From Syntrophales bacterium (GTDB taxonomy: Bacteria; Desulfobacterota; Syntrophia; Syntrophales; UBA2210), in contig CAXXNF010000002.1 in assembly GCA_963666365.2 (NCBI GenBank), positions 672,001 to 736,000 of the forward strand: a DNA stretch of 64,000 nucleotides, given 5' to 3'. Shown here piece by piece: positions 1 to 9,432 of the stretch; position 1 is the stretch's first letter; each line of letters begins with the position of its first letter. Position numbers and translations under genes: made by a program. The notes beneath the pieces are model-generated. The model was not told the DNA's origin. It made no database searches and worked only from the letters and a program-made list of their open reading frames with translations.

Positions 1-1265
1 TTCAGGTTCAGGATTCAACCAGATCACCCTTCGGCATTTATCCCTCATTTCCCCGAGGATTCTATCCTCGGGATTGTAATAATTGGTCCTTCCATCGCCG
101 ATTATGATCAGTGTCGTTTTTTTGTTCAGCACATCCATGTGTTCTGCTTTAAACTGCCGGAAGGTCTCGCCATAATCCGTGGAGGCATGGTACTCTATGT
201 CGGCTTCACGCAACACCCTTTCAATCGCATCGTTGATTTCATGATTGTCAAATATATCGGTTACTTCTGACAGACCGGCGACGAACACAAAACTGTTCAC
301 CCGCGTAAAACACTCCTGAAGTGAGTAGAGCACGTTCAGCATAAACCTTGCTGCGGACCACACGGAACTTGAAACATCGCACAGCGTGACGATCTTGCCT
401 TTTCGAGGAGGCTTTTTCCTGAAGAAAAGCTCAACGGGAATCCCCTGATAGCGCTGGGCACGGCGAATCGTTTTTTTCACGTCAAGCATACCACGATTAT
501 GGGAGGCATAGCGTCGAGCATGGATATCTTTCAACTTTCTTACCAGCTGTTCGATGATCTCCCGCACTTCTTCCAGTTCTTGCTGTGAAAGAAGCGAAAA
601 AGGATGCTCTTTAAGATGATCAAGCCGCTTTTCATAGACCCTTTTCGGTTCGGGACCGTCTTCGTAGCCTCTCGGCTCGCGCAGGATCAATGTCTGCGCA
701 CTCTCGAGCCGTTCATCGAAATGTCTTCGCAGTTCCTCCCGCAATCCCTCTCCATACCTGAATGAACCATTAGCGAGAATTGCGGCGATGGCATTTCTTG
801 TGGCATTAATCTGAATCATAATCTGCAGCCGCGCGGCAAGCGGCGCCAGGTTCATCTTCAATCCCCAGGGTTGATTTTCCACCTCCGTTTGTAACCGCTT
901 TATTTCAGAAAGAAGGTCGAGAGGATTGCCGGAGAGAAAGGAAAGAAGGGCTTTTTCCAGCGCATCTTCCCCTGCCTGCACTTCGAGTTCGCCAAGTATG
1001 CGGTCTATCGGCTCTGAAAGTCGCGATGACTGTGAAATATCCGCTTCCTGTCTGAGTTCATGAAAAACAGGTGGTACAGTTGGTCGAACTTACCCTGCTC
1101 CCGCCTGCTCTTTGCGAAATTACTGCGCAAAACAGCCTTGAACTGCGATTCGTCGACTATGTCGACAATTTGCAGTTGCGCCATGCAATCAAGTATCTCA
1201 GAAGTGGAAATACGCTGGCCCGCTGCACGGCAACAGGAAACAAATTTCATGACCGGATCAAACAT
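1..1265 (-). pseudogene. CoxE-like VWA-domain protein, split by a single-base frameshift at the A5 run 1063-1067; runs off the window start
   Basis: Starts MFDPVMKFVSCCRAAG overlapping the stop of the AAA gene. Frame 1 stops at 1005. One more T in the run gives LFFHELRQEAD..., which stays open to base 1 and contains LDVKKTIRRA, the MIDAS motif CDVSSSV, and IIIGDGRTNY...WLNPEP. Confidence 0.85.
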
Positions 1266-2181
1266 GATAAGGGTTGCTGAATATTTTGTGTACCTTCGAT
1301 CTGACCGCATCCGTATCCGCACGGTATTTACAGATCATGTTCATGGTATCCAACACTATTTCCGGAGTGAGATGCTCGATTTGCAGTGCCATAAGTGAGC
1401 GCGCCCAATCAAGCGTTTCTGAAATACAGGGCTTTTTCTTGAGATCCATTTCTCTGATTCTTCGAATCGCATCAACCACTTGACACACAAGCTGCTCCCG
1501 AATTCCTTCTATTTTGAGCCTGAGTATACGCATCTCCAATTCCCGGTCCGGGTAGTCTATATAGGCAAAAATGCAACGGCGCTTCAGGGCATCGCTCATG
1601 TCCCTGTAGTTGTTTGAGGTAAGTACTACAAAGGGTATATTGGACGCCTTTCGTGTGCCGATTTCGGGGATGGACACTTGAAAATCGCTGAGCAGTTCCA
1701 AAAGAAAGGCCTCAAATTCCGGATCAGATTTGTCTACTTCGTCTATCAGGAGCACTACGGGCTCTTCCGAACTAATTGCCTGAAGCAATGGTCGAGGTTG
1801 TATAAACCTTTCCGAAAAGAATGCGTCATCCTGAGAAGCTATTCTTTCGACCGCTTCTTTAAGAGTGCCGGCGCCGGAAATTGTATCGCCTATTTTTTCT
1901 CGCACCATCTGCGTGTAAAGTAGTTGCTTCGCATATTCCCATTCGTAAAGTGCTTTTGCCTCGTCGAGCCCTTCGTAACACTGCAGACGAATGAGCTGTC
2001 TTTCAAGACTCCGCGCCACCGCCTTTGCCAGCTCCGTCTTTCCCACGCCGGCGGGTCCCTCTACAAGTACGGGCTTATGGGTGGCCTCGGCCAGAAAAAC
2101 CACGGTTGCGAGTTCTTTTGAGGAAATATAATCGGCAGATTCGAGTTTTTTCTGCACATCTTCGACATTACTAAAATTCAT
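1258..2181 (-). CDS. MoxR/CoxD-like AAA+ ATPase
   Basis: Walker A GPAGVGKT, RLQCYEGLD, Walker B LLIDEVDK, SDALKRRC. Confidence 0.92.
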   Translation of the reverse strand: MNFSNVEDVQKKLESADYISSKELATVVFLAEATHKPVLVEGPAGVGKTELAKAVARSLERQLIRLQCYEGLDEAKALYEWEYAKQLLYTQMVREKIGDTISGAGTLKEAVERIASQDDAFFSERFIQPRPLLQAISSEEPVVLLIDEVDKSDPEFEAFLLELLSDFQVSIPEIGTRKASNIPFVVLTSNNYRDMSDALKRRCIFAYIDYPDRELEMRILRLKIEGIREQLVCQVVDAIRRIREMDLKKKPCISETLDWARSLMALQIEHLTPEIVLDTMNMICKYRADTDAVRSKVHKIFSNPYHV

Positions 2182-2192
2182 GTGTCTATTCT

Positions 2193-2861
2193 TTACGTAG
2201 TTTCATCTGCCAGGGATGCGATGAATTTATTCGCTTCGTCAATGGATGCTTCCATTTCTTTGATCAAGTGTCCAATGTCAGTTTGTACCGAAGCGACCTC
2301 CCCCTGAATTGATGCAACGGCTTTTGCATTGAGGTTGTGCTTCAAAAACAGCACCTGGTCTTTAAACGCGGCAAGGACGGGATCGATGCTTGCCGCCGCT
2401 TTCTTCATTACGCCGATCATTTTACTGTAGCGCCGTTTTGTATCTGCAAGCTTCCGCTTGCTTGCCTGGCGCAGCCGCTCGTTATTATATTGTGCAAGCT
2501 CCGCTTCCCATTCGTCAAAGAGCGCCTCCGCCACGTCTTCCACATCGGCCACCCGGGTATGTACCGCCTCTGCCTTTGATTCGCTTCGCTTCAATTCTGC
2601 GCTCAGATCGTCATAGACCTCTTGAATTTTGCCGCCCTGAAAGTTCAGGACGCTGCTGAATTTTTCAAGGGCGGAACTGAACTGTTCCTTTGCCTCTTCC
2701 TGCGCATTACGGGCATTTTCCACGCGATTTACCATGATATCCCGTTTCTGGAATCCTATTTTCTCCATGGTGGTGTAATAGAGTGTTTGACAGCCCGACA
2801 GGCTGAATGCGCACAGCAGGGAGCTGCAACATACTAAACGGAAAAGAGTGCCATACTTCAT
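2193..2861 (-). CDS. DUF2959-like coiled-coil lipoprotein
   Basis: Lipobox LSGC; YYTTMEKIGFQKRDIMVNRVE and DQVLFLKHNLNAKA segments; start chosen at MKYG after GAGGG. Confidence 0.8.
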   Translation of the reverse strand: MKYGTLFRLVCCSSLLCAFSLSGCQTLYYTTMEKIGFQKRDIMVNRVENARNAQEEAKEQFSSALEKFSSVLNFQGGKIQEVYDDLSAELKRSESKAEAVHTRVADVEDVAEALFDEWEAELAQYNNERLRQASKRKLADTKRRYSKMIGVMKKAAASIDPVLAAFKDQVLFLKHNLNAKAVASIQGEVASVQTDIGHLIKEMEASIDEANKFIASLADETT

Positions 2862-2968
2862 GTCAATCCCTCGCATATACTACAGAGACAGGTATTGCCC
2901 CTCGAATGGACACCGGAGGCAATTGTTTTCGCGGACAAAAAAGCCGTGCTTCCTCGTCCTGCTACAGT

Positions 2969-3244
2969 TCAATCACGGCTTTGGAAGAAACCAATCAGAG
3001 CCAGTATGATGATGAGAAAGCCGAATCCAAAATAAATGAAGGCGTTTTTTAAATCCACATCATTAATTCCGTTAATAATATTGATATGTTCACTGAGTAT
3101 ATAGCCCCAGAACAGCGCGAAAATATAATTAATCATTAGCGCGAGCTTTATTCTTCGAAAGAGAAGCGCCAGTGTACTGAGAATCAGAAGCATTGCAATT
3201 TGAATGAGTGGCACCGATACGTTGAGCGATAAGAAAAATTTCAT
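2969..3244 (-). CDS. Small integral membrane protein (about 3 TM)
   Basis: AAGGAGGG RBS before ATG at 3244; hydrophobic 91-aa ORF. Confidence 0.7.
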   Translation of the reverse strand: MKFFLSLNVSVPLIQIAMLLILSTLALLFRRIKLALMINYIFALFWGYILSEHINIINGINDVDLKNAFIYFGFGFLIIILALIGFFQSRD

Positions 3245-3450
3245 GTTTCCCTCCTTCTCCGATTCATGGCACGTGCCCGCTGTGGCGCTCTTTTCTTGCG
3301 GGAATATTTTCCACCACGCAGCGGCAGGTTGCATTCGGTTTTTCTTTGTAAATGATAACTATGGTTTGAGTCAAGAGATTATGAGGTATGTCTTCACTAA
3401 GGAGCTTTTTACAAATACGACATCTTTTGCTCAATATTTGCTTAAATAAC

Positions 3451-3479
3451 TTGACAAATCCAAATCAGAGTCATAAGCA
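3451..3479 (+). promoter_or_regulatory. Possible sigma70 promoter of the oxidoreductase operon
   Basis: TTGACA at 3451-3456, 17 bp spacer, weak -10 TAAGCA. Confidence 0.4.
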
Positions 3480-3583
3480 CAACATGACGCCAGCATGAAT
3501 TCCATTGTGTGGTGATCTTGTACCGTTCGTCATAGATGAAGGTGCAGTTTCACGCATTGAAGGCAAAGGAGCTTGAGCACACA

Positions 3584-3826
3584 ATGCCCAAAAAAACACG
3601 CCGGGGACATATAGTGATCGACAGAGATCTGTGCAAGGGATGCTGTCTCTGCATATCGGTGTGCCCCCATCATATGATTAAGATATCGGATACGTTGAAC
3701 GAAAAAGGATATTACCCCGCCGAGTTTACCGGTGCGGTAACCGAATCCGATGATTCCAGATGCACCGGTTGCGCGACCTGTGCCCTAATATGTCCGGATG
3801 TGGCGATTGAGGTCTATCGTGAATGA
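3584..3826 (+). CDS. 2x[4Fe-4S] ferredoxin, delta subunit of 2-oxoacid:ferredoxin oxidoreductase
   Basis: CKGCCLCISVCP and CTGCATCALICP motifs; first gene of operon. Confidence 0.92.
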   Translation: MPKKTRRGHIVIDRDLCKGCCLCISVCPHHMIKISDTLNEKGYYPAEFTGAVTESDDSRCTGCATCALICPDVAIEVYRE

Positions 3827-4898
3827 CAAGGTATTGATGAGAGGAACACACATTATCGGCGAAGCGGCGGTTCGTGCAGGATGCCGTTTCTATGCCGGGT
3901 ACCCCATCACCCCCCAGAACGAATTGACGGAATACATGTCAAGCGCAATGGACCAGCTTGAAGACGGCACGTTTATTCAAGCTGAAAGCGAAATTGCTGC
4001 AGTCAACATGGTAATCGGCGCCGCCATGACCGGCGCCAGGGCTATGACAAGTTCATCAAGTCCGGGAATAAGCTTGAAACAGGAGGGCATTTCGTTTCTC
4101 GCCGCTCAGGAGCTTCCCGCGGTAATCGTAAACTCAATGCGCGGCGGCCCCGGTCTGGGAAATATTGCACCAACGCAGGGAGACTATTTTCAAGCGACCA
4201 GAGGAGGCGGCCATGGCGATTATCGATCAATTGTACTGGCGCCGGCCTATGGACAGGAACTGGGCGATATAACCGGCCGCGCCTTCGAATATGCCGATCG
4301 TTACCGCTCGCCTGTAATGATTCTTATAGACGGAATGATGGGACAGATGATGGAACCGGTCGTGTTCCCCGAGCCGATCATTCCATCCGAGCTGCCTTCC
4401 AAATCCTGGGTGCTTGATGGGGCCAGAGGGCGCCCCAGCAGAATAATCAAATCACTCATTCTGGATGCAACGAAAGAAGAAGAGCACAATTGGAAACTTT
4501 ACAGAAAATACGAAAACATTAAGAAGGAAATTCAAACCGCTGAAACATATCTTACGGAAGATGCGAAACTGGTGGTTATCGCCTATGGTACGGCAGCCAG
4601 GATTGCCAAAGGGGCAATCAAACGCGTGCGGGGCATAGGTCTGAAAGTAGGCCTTCTCCGCCCTATTACACTGTGGCCGTTTCCTGTAAGAGCGTTGGAT
4701 GAAACAAGCCGCTTCGTCAAGGAATTTTTGGTCTATGAAATGAATACCGGACAGATGGTAGAAGATGTCGAACTTGCACTGAAACGAAGCAGTGAAGTTC
4801 ACTTCTACGGCCGACCTGGCGGGATAATCTCCACACCCGATGAAATTGCCAAGGTAATTACCAGTCTCTATTACCGGCGCCATCTTGAAGAGGACTAA
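3819..4898 (+). CDS. vorB: 2-oxoacid:ferredoxin oxidoreductase alpha subunit (VorB-like)
   Basis: YAGYPITPQNE, QAESEIAA, TSSSSPGISLKQEG, RGGPGLG, EMNTGQMVEDV. Confidence 0.92.
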   Translation: MNDKVLMRGTHIIGEAAVRAGCRFYAGYPITPQNELTEYMSSAMDQLEDGTFIQAESEIAAVNMVIGAAMTGARAMTSSSSPGISLKQEGISFLAAQELPAVIVNSMRGGPGLGNIAPTQGDYFQATRGGGHGDYRSIVLAPAYGQELGDITGRAFEYADRYRSPVMILIDGMMGQMMEPVVFPEPIIPSELPSKSWVLDGARGRPSRIIKSLILDATKEEEHNWKLYRKYENIKKEIQTAETYLTEDAKLVVIAYGTAARIAKGAIKRVRGIGLKVGLLRPITLWPFPVRALDETSRFVKEFLVYEMNTGQMVEDVELALKRSSEVHFYGRPGGIISTPDEIAKVITSLYYRRHLEED

Positions 4899-4899
4899 C

Positions 4900-5658
4900 A
4901 TGACAGATACATTGGTGTTTAAGCGCCCCCGCTATCTCAAACAGGCAGTCTATCATTACTGCCCCGGTTGCGGACACAGTATTATTCACCGGCTGATTGC
5001 AGAAGTGCTTGAGGAACTTGAAATCGGCGATATCGCCATCGGCGTGCCTCCGGCAGGCTGCGCGGTTCTTGCCTATGATTACTTTGATGTTGATATGGGC
5101 GAGGCGCCACATGGAAGAGGACCGGCGGTTGCCACCGGCATCAAGCGGATGCTTCCCGATCGAATAGTCTTTTCCTATCAGGGTGACGGGGATATCGCGG
5201 CAATCGGCACTGCGGAAACGATCCATGCAGCAAACCGGGGCGAAAACATCACCGTTGTGTTTGTCAACAACAGCTGTTACGGCATGACCGGGGGGCAGAT
5301 GGCGCCGACGACCATTCTCGGTCAGGAAGCAACAACCACGCCTGGTGGGCGGGACTCGAAACGAGACGGCGCGCCGATAGATTTGAGTGAAATGCTGGCG
5401 CTCACACGAGGAAGTGTGTACATTGAGCGCACGGCGGTAAATTCAATCAAGAACATTGTAAAAACAAAACGGGCGCTTACCAAGGCCTTTAAAATTCAAA
5501 TGGCCGGTCTTGGATTCTCTTTGGTGGAGGTACTTTCCCCCTGCCCTACAAATTGGAAGCTTTCTCCCGTCGATGCCTGTAAGTGGATTGATGAGACTAT
5601 CATTCAAACCTATCCACTCAAGGTAATCAAAGACGAAAGGGGAACAAACGATGTGTAA
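4900..5658 (+). CDS. 2-oxoacid:ferredoxin oxidoreductase beta subunit (TPP-binding)
   Basis: HYCPGCGH, GDGD...NN TPP motif, YGMTGGQMAPT, SPCPTNW. Confidence 0.93.
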   Translation: MTDTLVFKRPRYLKQAVYHYCPGCGHSIIHRLIAEVLEELEIGDIAIGVPPAGCAVLAYDYFDVDMGEAPHGRGPAVATGIKRMLPDRIVFSYQGDGDIAAIGTAETIHAANRGENITVVFVNNSCYGMTGGQMAPTTILGQEATTTPGGRDSKRDGAPIDLSEMLALTRGSVYIERTAVNSIKNIVKTKRALTKAFKIQMAGLGFSLVEVLSPCPTNWKLSPVDACKWIDETIIQTYPLKVIKDERGTNDV

Positions 5659-5673
5659 GGACTTCGCGCTACT

Positions 5674-6222
5674 ATGAAAAAAACTGTGTTTGCAGGATTT
5701 GGCGGTCAGGGCGTTCTCATGATGGGCTATGTGCTGGCCGTGGCAGCGATGAGAGACGGCAAGGAAGTCACCTACCTTCCTTCTTATGGCGCCGAAATGC
5801 GAGGTGGAACCGCAAACTGCACTGTCGCCATCTCGGATGAAGAAATTTTTTCGCCCGTTGCATCATCGCCCGATTTTGCGGTTATTATGAATAAACCCTC
5901 TCTCACGAAATACGAAAATCTGATCAAAAGCGGAGGCACGATATTTCTGAACTCAAGTTTCATCGAGTATCGCTTTACGAGAGACGACATAACGGTTCAA
6001 GAAATTCCCGCAAATGATATTGCGAAACAACTGGGCAGCGAAAGAGCCATAAATATGATTATGCTGGGGGGCTTTGTGGCAAAGACAAAGCTTACTTCGC
6101 TGGAATCAATCATGAACGGACTTCAGGAAATTGTAAAAGGGAAGAAAGCCAGCGTTATGAAACTCAACCGGCAGGGTCTCGATTTGGGGGCTGAGTTTGT
6201 ATTGAAAGGAGCTTCATTGTGA
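5674..6222 (+). CDS. 2-oxoacid:ferredoxin oxidoreductase gamma subunit
   Basis: AGFGGQG, PSYGAEMRGGTANC, NMIMLG. Confidence 0.93.
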   Translation: MKKTVFAGFGGQGVLMMGYVLAVAAMRDGKEVTYLPSYGAEMRGGTANCTVAISDEEIFSPVASSPDFAVIMNKPSLTKYENLIKSGGTIFLNSSFIEYRFTRDDITVQEIPANDIAKQLGSERAINMIMLGGFVAKTKLTSLESIMNGLQEIVKGKKASVMKLNRQGLDLGAEFVLKGASL

Positions 6223-6647
6223 AAACAATTAAAGAGATCAGCCATTCTTTAAAAAACGAACCGGGCGCACTTTCCGAGGTAAGCGACATTCTCGGTGCAA
6301 ACGGTATTAACATATTGGCACTGTATTTTACCGCACAGGGAAAAGAAGGCAGACTTCAGTTTGTCTGTAACGATCCGGACCGGGCCTTCAAAGTTATGAA
6401 ATCCATTGGCTATGATATCGATACCCGTGAAGTAATCGCCTGCGTGGTGCCGAATCACCCCGGGGGACTCAACGCCGTGCTTAAGCCTCTGAAAGCCGGA
6501 GACATCAATGTTGACTATATATATTCCTGTCTCGGGACAGGCGATATCACCGTCGTCATTCTCGGCGTCGATGCAGTTGACAAGGCATGTAAAATCCTTT
6601 CTGCCAATTGGATACGGCTCATGGGAGACGAGCTGTACCATCTATGA
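6219..6647 (+). CDS. Tandem ACT-domain protein
   Basis: NEPGALSEV...L...GINI and NHPGGL...L...INVDYIY; GTGA overlap with the gamma gene. Confidence 0.88.
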   Translation: MKTIKEISHSLKNEPGALSEVSDILGANGINILALYFTAQGKEGRLQFVCNDPDRAFKVMKSIGYDIDTREVIACVVPNHPGGLNAVLKPLKAGDINVDYIYSCLGTGDITVVILGVDAVDKACKILSANWIRLMGDELYHL

Positions 6648-6658
6648 AAGGTAAGAGA

Positions 6659-8239
6659 TCAGATTGCATGCGTGCCGACTACCTCGGTTACGGGAAGCGC
6701 TGCGATGTCCATCAGCTTCGAATATTTCGGATCTGAAGCATTTACCAGGTCTATAACGCGAGAATAAGTATTTTCCACAAACACCTCCCTGTCCTTCATC
6801 ATCTTACGCACTCCGATGCGAAAGCGCTTTCGTTCATCCTCTTTCAATTTTCCGATGAGATGTTTCGTCGTAAATATTGCCCCACATCTTGCCAGATCCG
6901 ATATACGGGCAGCATAGTTTATTGTTTCACCCAGCGCGGTAAATTCGATACTCGTCGACGCGTGAATTGCGCTGAAATATTCCTCCCCCTGGTTGAGACC
7001 GATGTTTAGGTATAACTCATTGAACCATTTCTTCCTCATCTTCCACTCCGCTGAGAAATGTTCCATTTTCTCTTTGATTTCCAGTGCGCAGGAAAGGGCG
7101 TTCTCAATATAATTTGAATCACGCTCCTTGAGAAAATAATAGACCATGCCATCCCCCACATGCTTTCCGTACAGTCCATAGTATTTTTTAAAGCACTCCT
7201 CAAGGGTATTCCACATTTGGTTAATGAGTTCAAAGTATTCTTCAGGTGGCAGTTCTGCACATATTCTGCAGGATTCCTGAAGATCGGCAACCATGACACA
7301 GAAAGGGATCAACGTCGGCATTCTCCGCTGCAGGAGGTCGTTTATTACCTTCCCCCTGTTCTGCAGCAGTTCCGATATTCCCTGAATCATGGTATCTCGC
7401 GGTTCCAAAATGAATAAAATGCCTTCTCTGAAAAATGACGTATAGACACGATAGGTATCTTTGTTGCCATCCGCTTTTATCATGGTGATCGAATTTTGGT
7501 TGATCAAGTGGCTTTGCGACACTTCAGCGTCGTCGTAAAGCCCCTGCAAAAATTCGATTTCTCCTTGGGATATGCCTTCATAGAGTTCCGGAATGGCCTG
7601 TCTTTTATTTTTTTCTTTAAAAAAGGCCATGTGAAGCATTGCCATTTCCACCCAATTTTTAAAATGGTTCTGAAATTCCCAGTTAAAAAACAGCCTGAAA
7701 ATATTTCGTGCATCTGCGTGACTGATGTCGCTGATCGCTTTTTTTAAAATCACTTCCTCTGCCGCGCTATTGATCCAGTCTATTTCGAACTTATAATTTA
7801 TCAAATAGGCAGGGGCTGTAATACCGTCAATATCGAGTCGTATATCCTTGTTTGCAGTAAGCGCATCGATTTTTTGCCGACTATCCGGATGTTCGCCCTC
7901 ATGCGCGTCCACCGAACAAGAACTGTGATCCTGCCTTTCCTCGTTAGTGCGCACAGCGTTTGCATCAGGTGTTGACTCTTCACGCTTCATTATGTCCAGA
8001 ATCTCGGCCATGGTGAAACCCTCTTTTTTTAAACTGTGCACCTCGTTGATACGCGTGAGCGATGATTCAGGGAAATACCCTACCCTTTTGGTGCCGCCCA
8101 TGTCGGCAAAAGGTTTTTTAACTACAGGTCTCGGGATAATCCCCATTTTTATGTAATTATTAAGCGTTGCCCTTGATATATTTGTTATTTTCATTAGTTC
8201 CTTGCTGCTGATAAACAGGGAATCTTCACTTTGCCTCAT
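6659..8239 (-). CDS. MerR-like HTH / PAS-like / class III adenylate cyclase fusion protein
   Basis: N-term SKELMKITNISRATLNNYIKMGIIPRP; C-term VADLQES, GKHVGDG, NIGLNQG, FTALGETINYAAR; AAAGGGGG RBS. Confidence 0.85.
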   Translation of the reverse strand: MRQSEDSLFISSKELMKITNISRATLNNYIKMGIIPRPVVKKPFADMGGTKRVGYFPESSLTRINEVHSLKKEGFTMAEILDIMKREESTPDANAVRTNEERQDHSSCSVDAHEGEHPDSRQKIDALTANKDIRLDIDGITAPAYLINYKFEIDWINSAAEEVILKKAISDISHADARNIFRLFFNWEFQNHFKNWVEMAMLHMAFFKEKNKRQAIPELYEGISQGEIEFLQGLYDDAEVSQSHLINQNSITMIKADGNKDTYRVYTSFFREGILFILEPRDTMIQGISELLQNRGKVINDLLQRRMPTLIPFCVMVADLQESCRICAELPPEEYFELINQMWNTLEECFKKYYGLYGKHVGDGMVYYFLKERDSNYIENALSCALEIKEKMEHFSAEWKMRKKWFNELYLNIGLNQGEEYFSAIHASTSIEFTALGETINYAARISDLARCGAIFTTKHLIGKLKEDERKRFRIGVRKMMKDREVFVENTYSRVIDLVNASDPKYSKLMDIAALPVTEVVGTHAI

Positions 8240-8306
8240 AAAAATGCCCCCCTTTCACCGCGGCAGCAGTCTGATGTTACGTGTAGTATACCGCTCGCAC
8301 CTACCA

Positions 8307-8353
8307 CATATACTGTATAATACTATTTGTCAAGAATAATTATACAGTATATG
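8307..8353. promoter_or_regulatory. Perfect 15-bp inverted repeat (putative operator) with a minus-strand TTGACA in the 17-bp spacer
   Basis: CATATACTGTATAAT (8307-8321) and ATTATACAGTATATG (8339-8353); tgtcaa inside the spacer. Confidence 0.75.
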
Positions 8354-8444
8354 GGCTGCCGTTTTTTGCTGTGCATGAACACACATAATTAGTCGAACAA
8401 ACCGCATAATTATACAGCATCATCGTCCGTGTTTATACACTATG
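8336..8444 (+). repeat. Direct repeats of the operator half-site
   Basis: ATAATTATACAGTAT 8336-8350, ATAATTATACAGCAT 8406-8420 (14/15 identical), TTATACACTATG 8433-8444. Confidence 0.7.
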
Positions 8445-8592
8445 TGCCCGTTTCAGGCGCCGTCATGGATGCCGTTCGCTTTCTATACTGAGCTCACTGA
8501 AAAATCTTTTTCCCCATTAAGAAAAAACTTGCGAGAAACGGGCACAGAGGCGACACTGTTGACGACCGAAATTACACCGAGGAGCGTCGCAC

Positions 8593-9426
8593 GTGATGGA
8601 TCCTTTTTTCTCTAAAACAGTGCTGGTAACCGGGGGCGGATCGGGCATCGGCAGGGCGCTTGGCGAAGAGCTTGCTAAACGAGGCGCCCTTCTCGTACTT
8701 ACAGATATCAACCAAAAAAGGCTTGACGAGGTGTCAAGATCGATAGCGCACTGCGGAGGCAATGTGACGGCATTGCAACTTGATGTCTCTGACGGAATCG
8801 CCGTCACAGCCCTCATTAATGATCTTGTTCGAGAAATGGGCCGACTTGATTATCTCTTCAATAATGCCGGAATTGCCGTCGGCGGCGAAGCATGTGATTG
8901 TTCCCTGGCAGATTGGACATCGGTAGTGGGTGTCAACCTATACGGGGTCATACACGGCGTGTCGGCTGCCTACCCTCTTATGGTGAGGCAGGGTTTCGGA
9001 CATATTATAAACACCGCTTCTATCGAGGGACTTGTGCCGTTTCCCTGTACCGTCGGCTATGTGACAAGCAAGTATGCTGTGGTAGGTCTCTCTAACGCTC
9101 TTCGCATAGAAGGCAAAGATCTCGGAGTAAAGGTCAGTGTCGTGTGTCCGGGATTCGTCGATACCTCCATTTTTCATGATTCAAAAATGATCAATATCGA
9201 TCGCCGAAAGGTAATTGAATCCCTCTCTTCTTTTGGGGGATTGACACCACAGCAATGTGCATCGGTGATTCTCCGGGGCGTTCTGAAAAACAAGGCCATC
9301 ATCACCGTCACCTTTCACGCAAGACTGCTGTGGATGCTGCACCGCCTCAGCCCGAGTCTGACAATGCGCCTGCAGGAAAGAAGAATGAAGAAATTCCGTG
9401 AAGAATTTCGAACACTCTCATGTTGA
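8593..9426 (+). CDS. Short-chain dehydrogenase/reductase (SDR)
   Basis: TGGGSGIG, NNAG, NTAS, YVTSK, CPGFVDT. Confidence 0.93.
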   Translation: MMDPFFSKTVLVTGGGSGIGRALGEELAKRGALLVLTDINQKRLDEVSRSIAHCGGNVTALQLDVSDGIAVTALINDLVREMGRLDYLFNNAGIAVGGEACDCSLADWTSVVGVNLYGVIHGVSAAYPLMVRQGFGHIINTASIEGLVPFPCTVGYVTSKYAVVGLSNALRIEGKDLGVKVSVVCPGFVDTSIFHDSKMINIDRRKVIESLSSFGGLTPQQCASVILRGVLKNKAIITVTFHARLLWMLHRLSPSLTMRLQERRMKKFREEFRTLSC

Positions 9427-9432
9427 CAGCGC

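Noticed and set aside
1060..1070. Programmed -1 frameshift in the CoxE-like gene
   Set aside because: G_TTT_TTC is a poor slippery heptamer and I saw no obvious stimulator; an indel is simpler.
8311..8349. CTGTATA...TATACAG as a LexA/SOS box
   Set aside because: The E. coli-type box is CTGT-N8-ACAG; here the arms are 27 bp apart.
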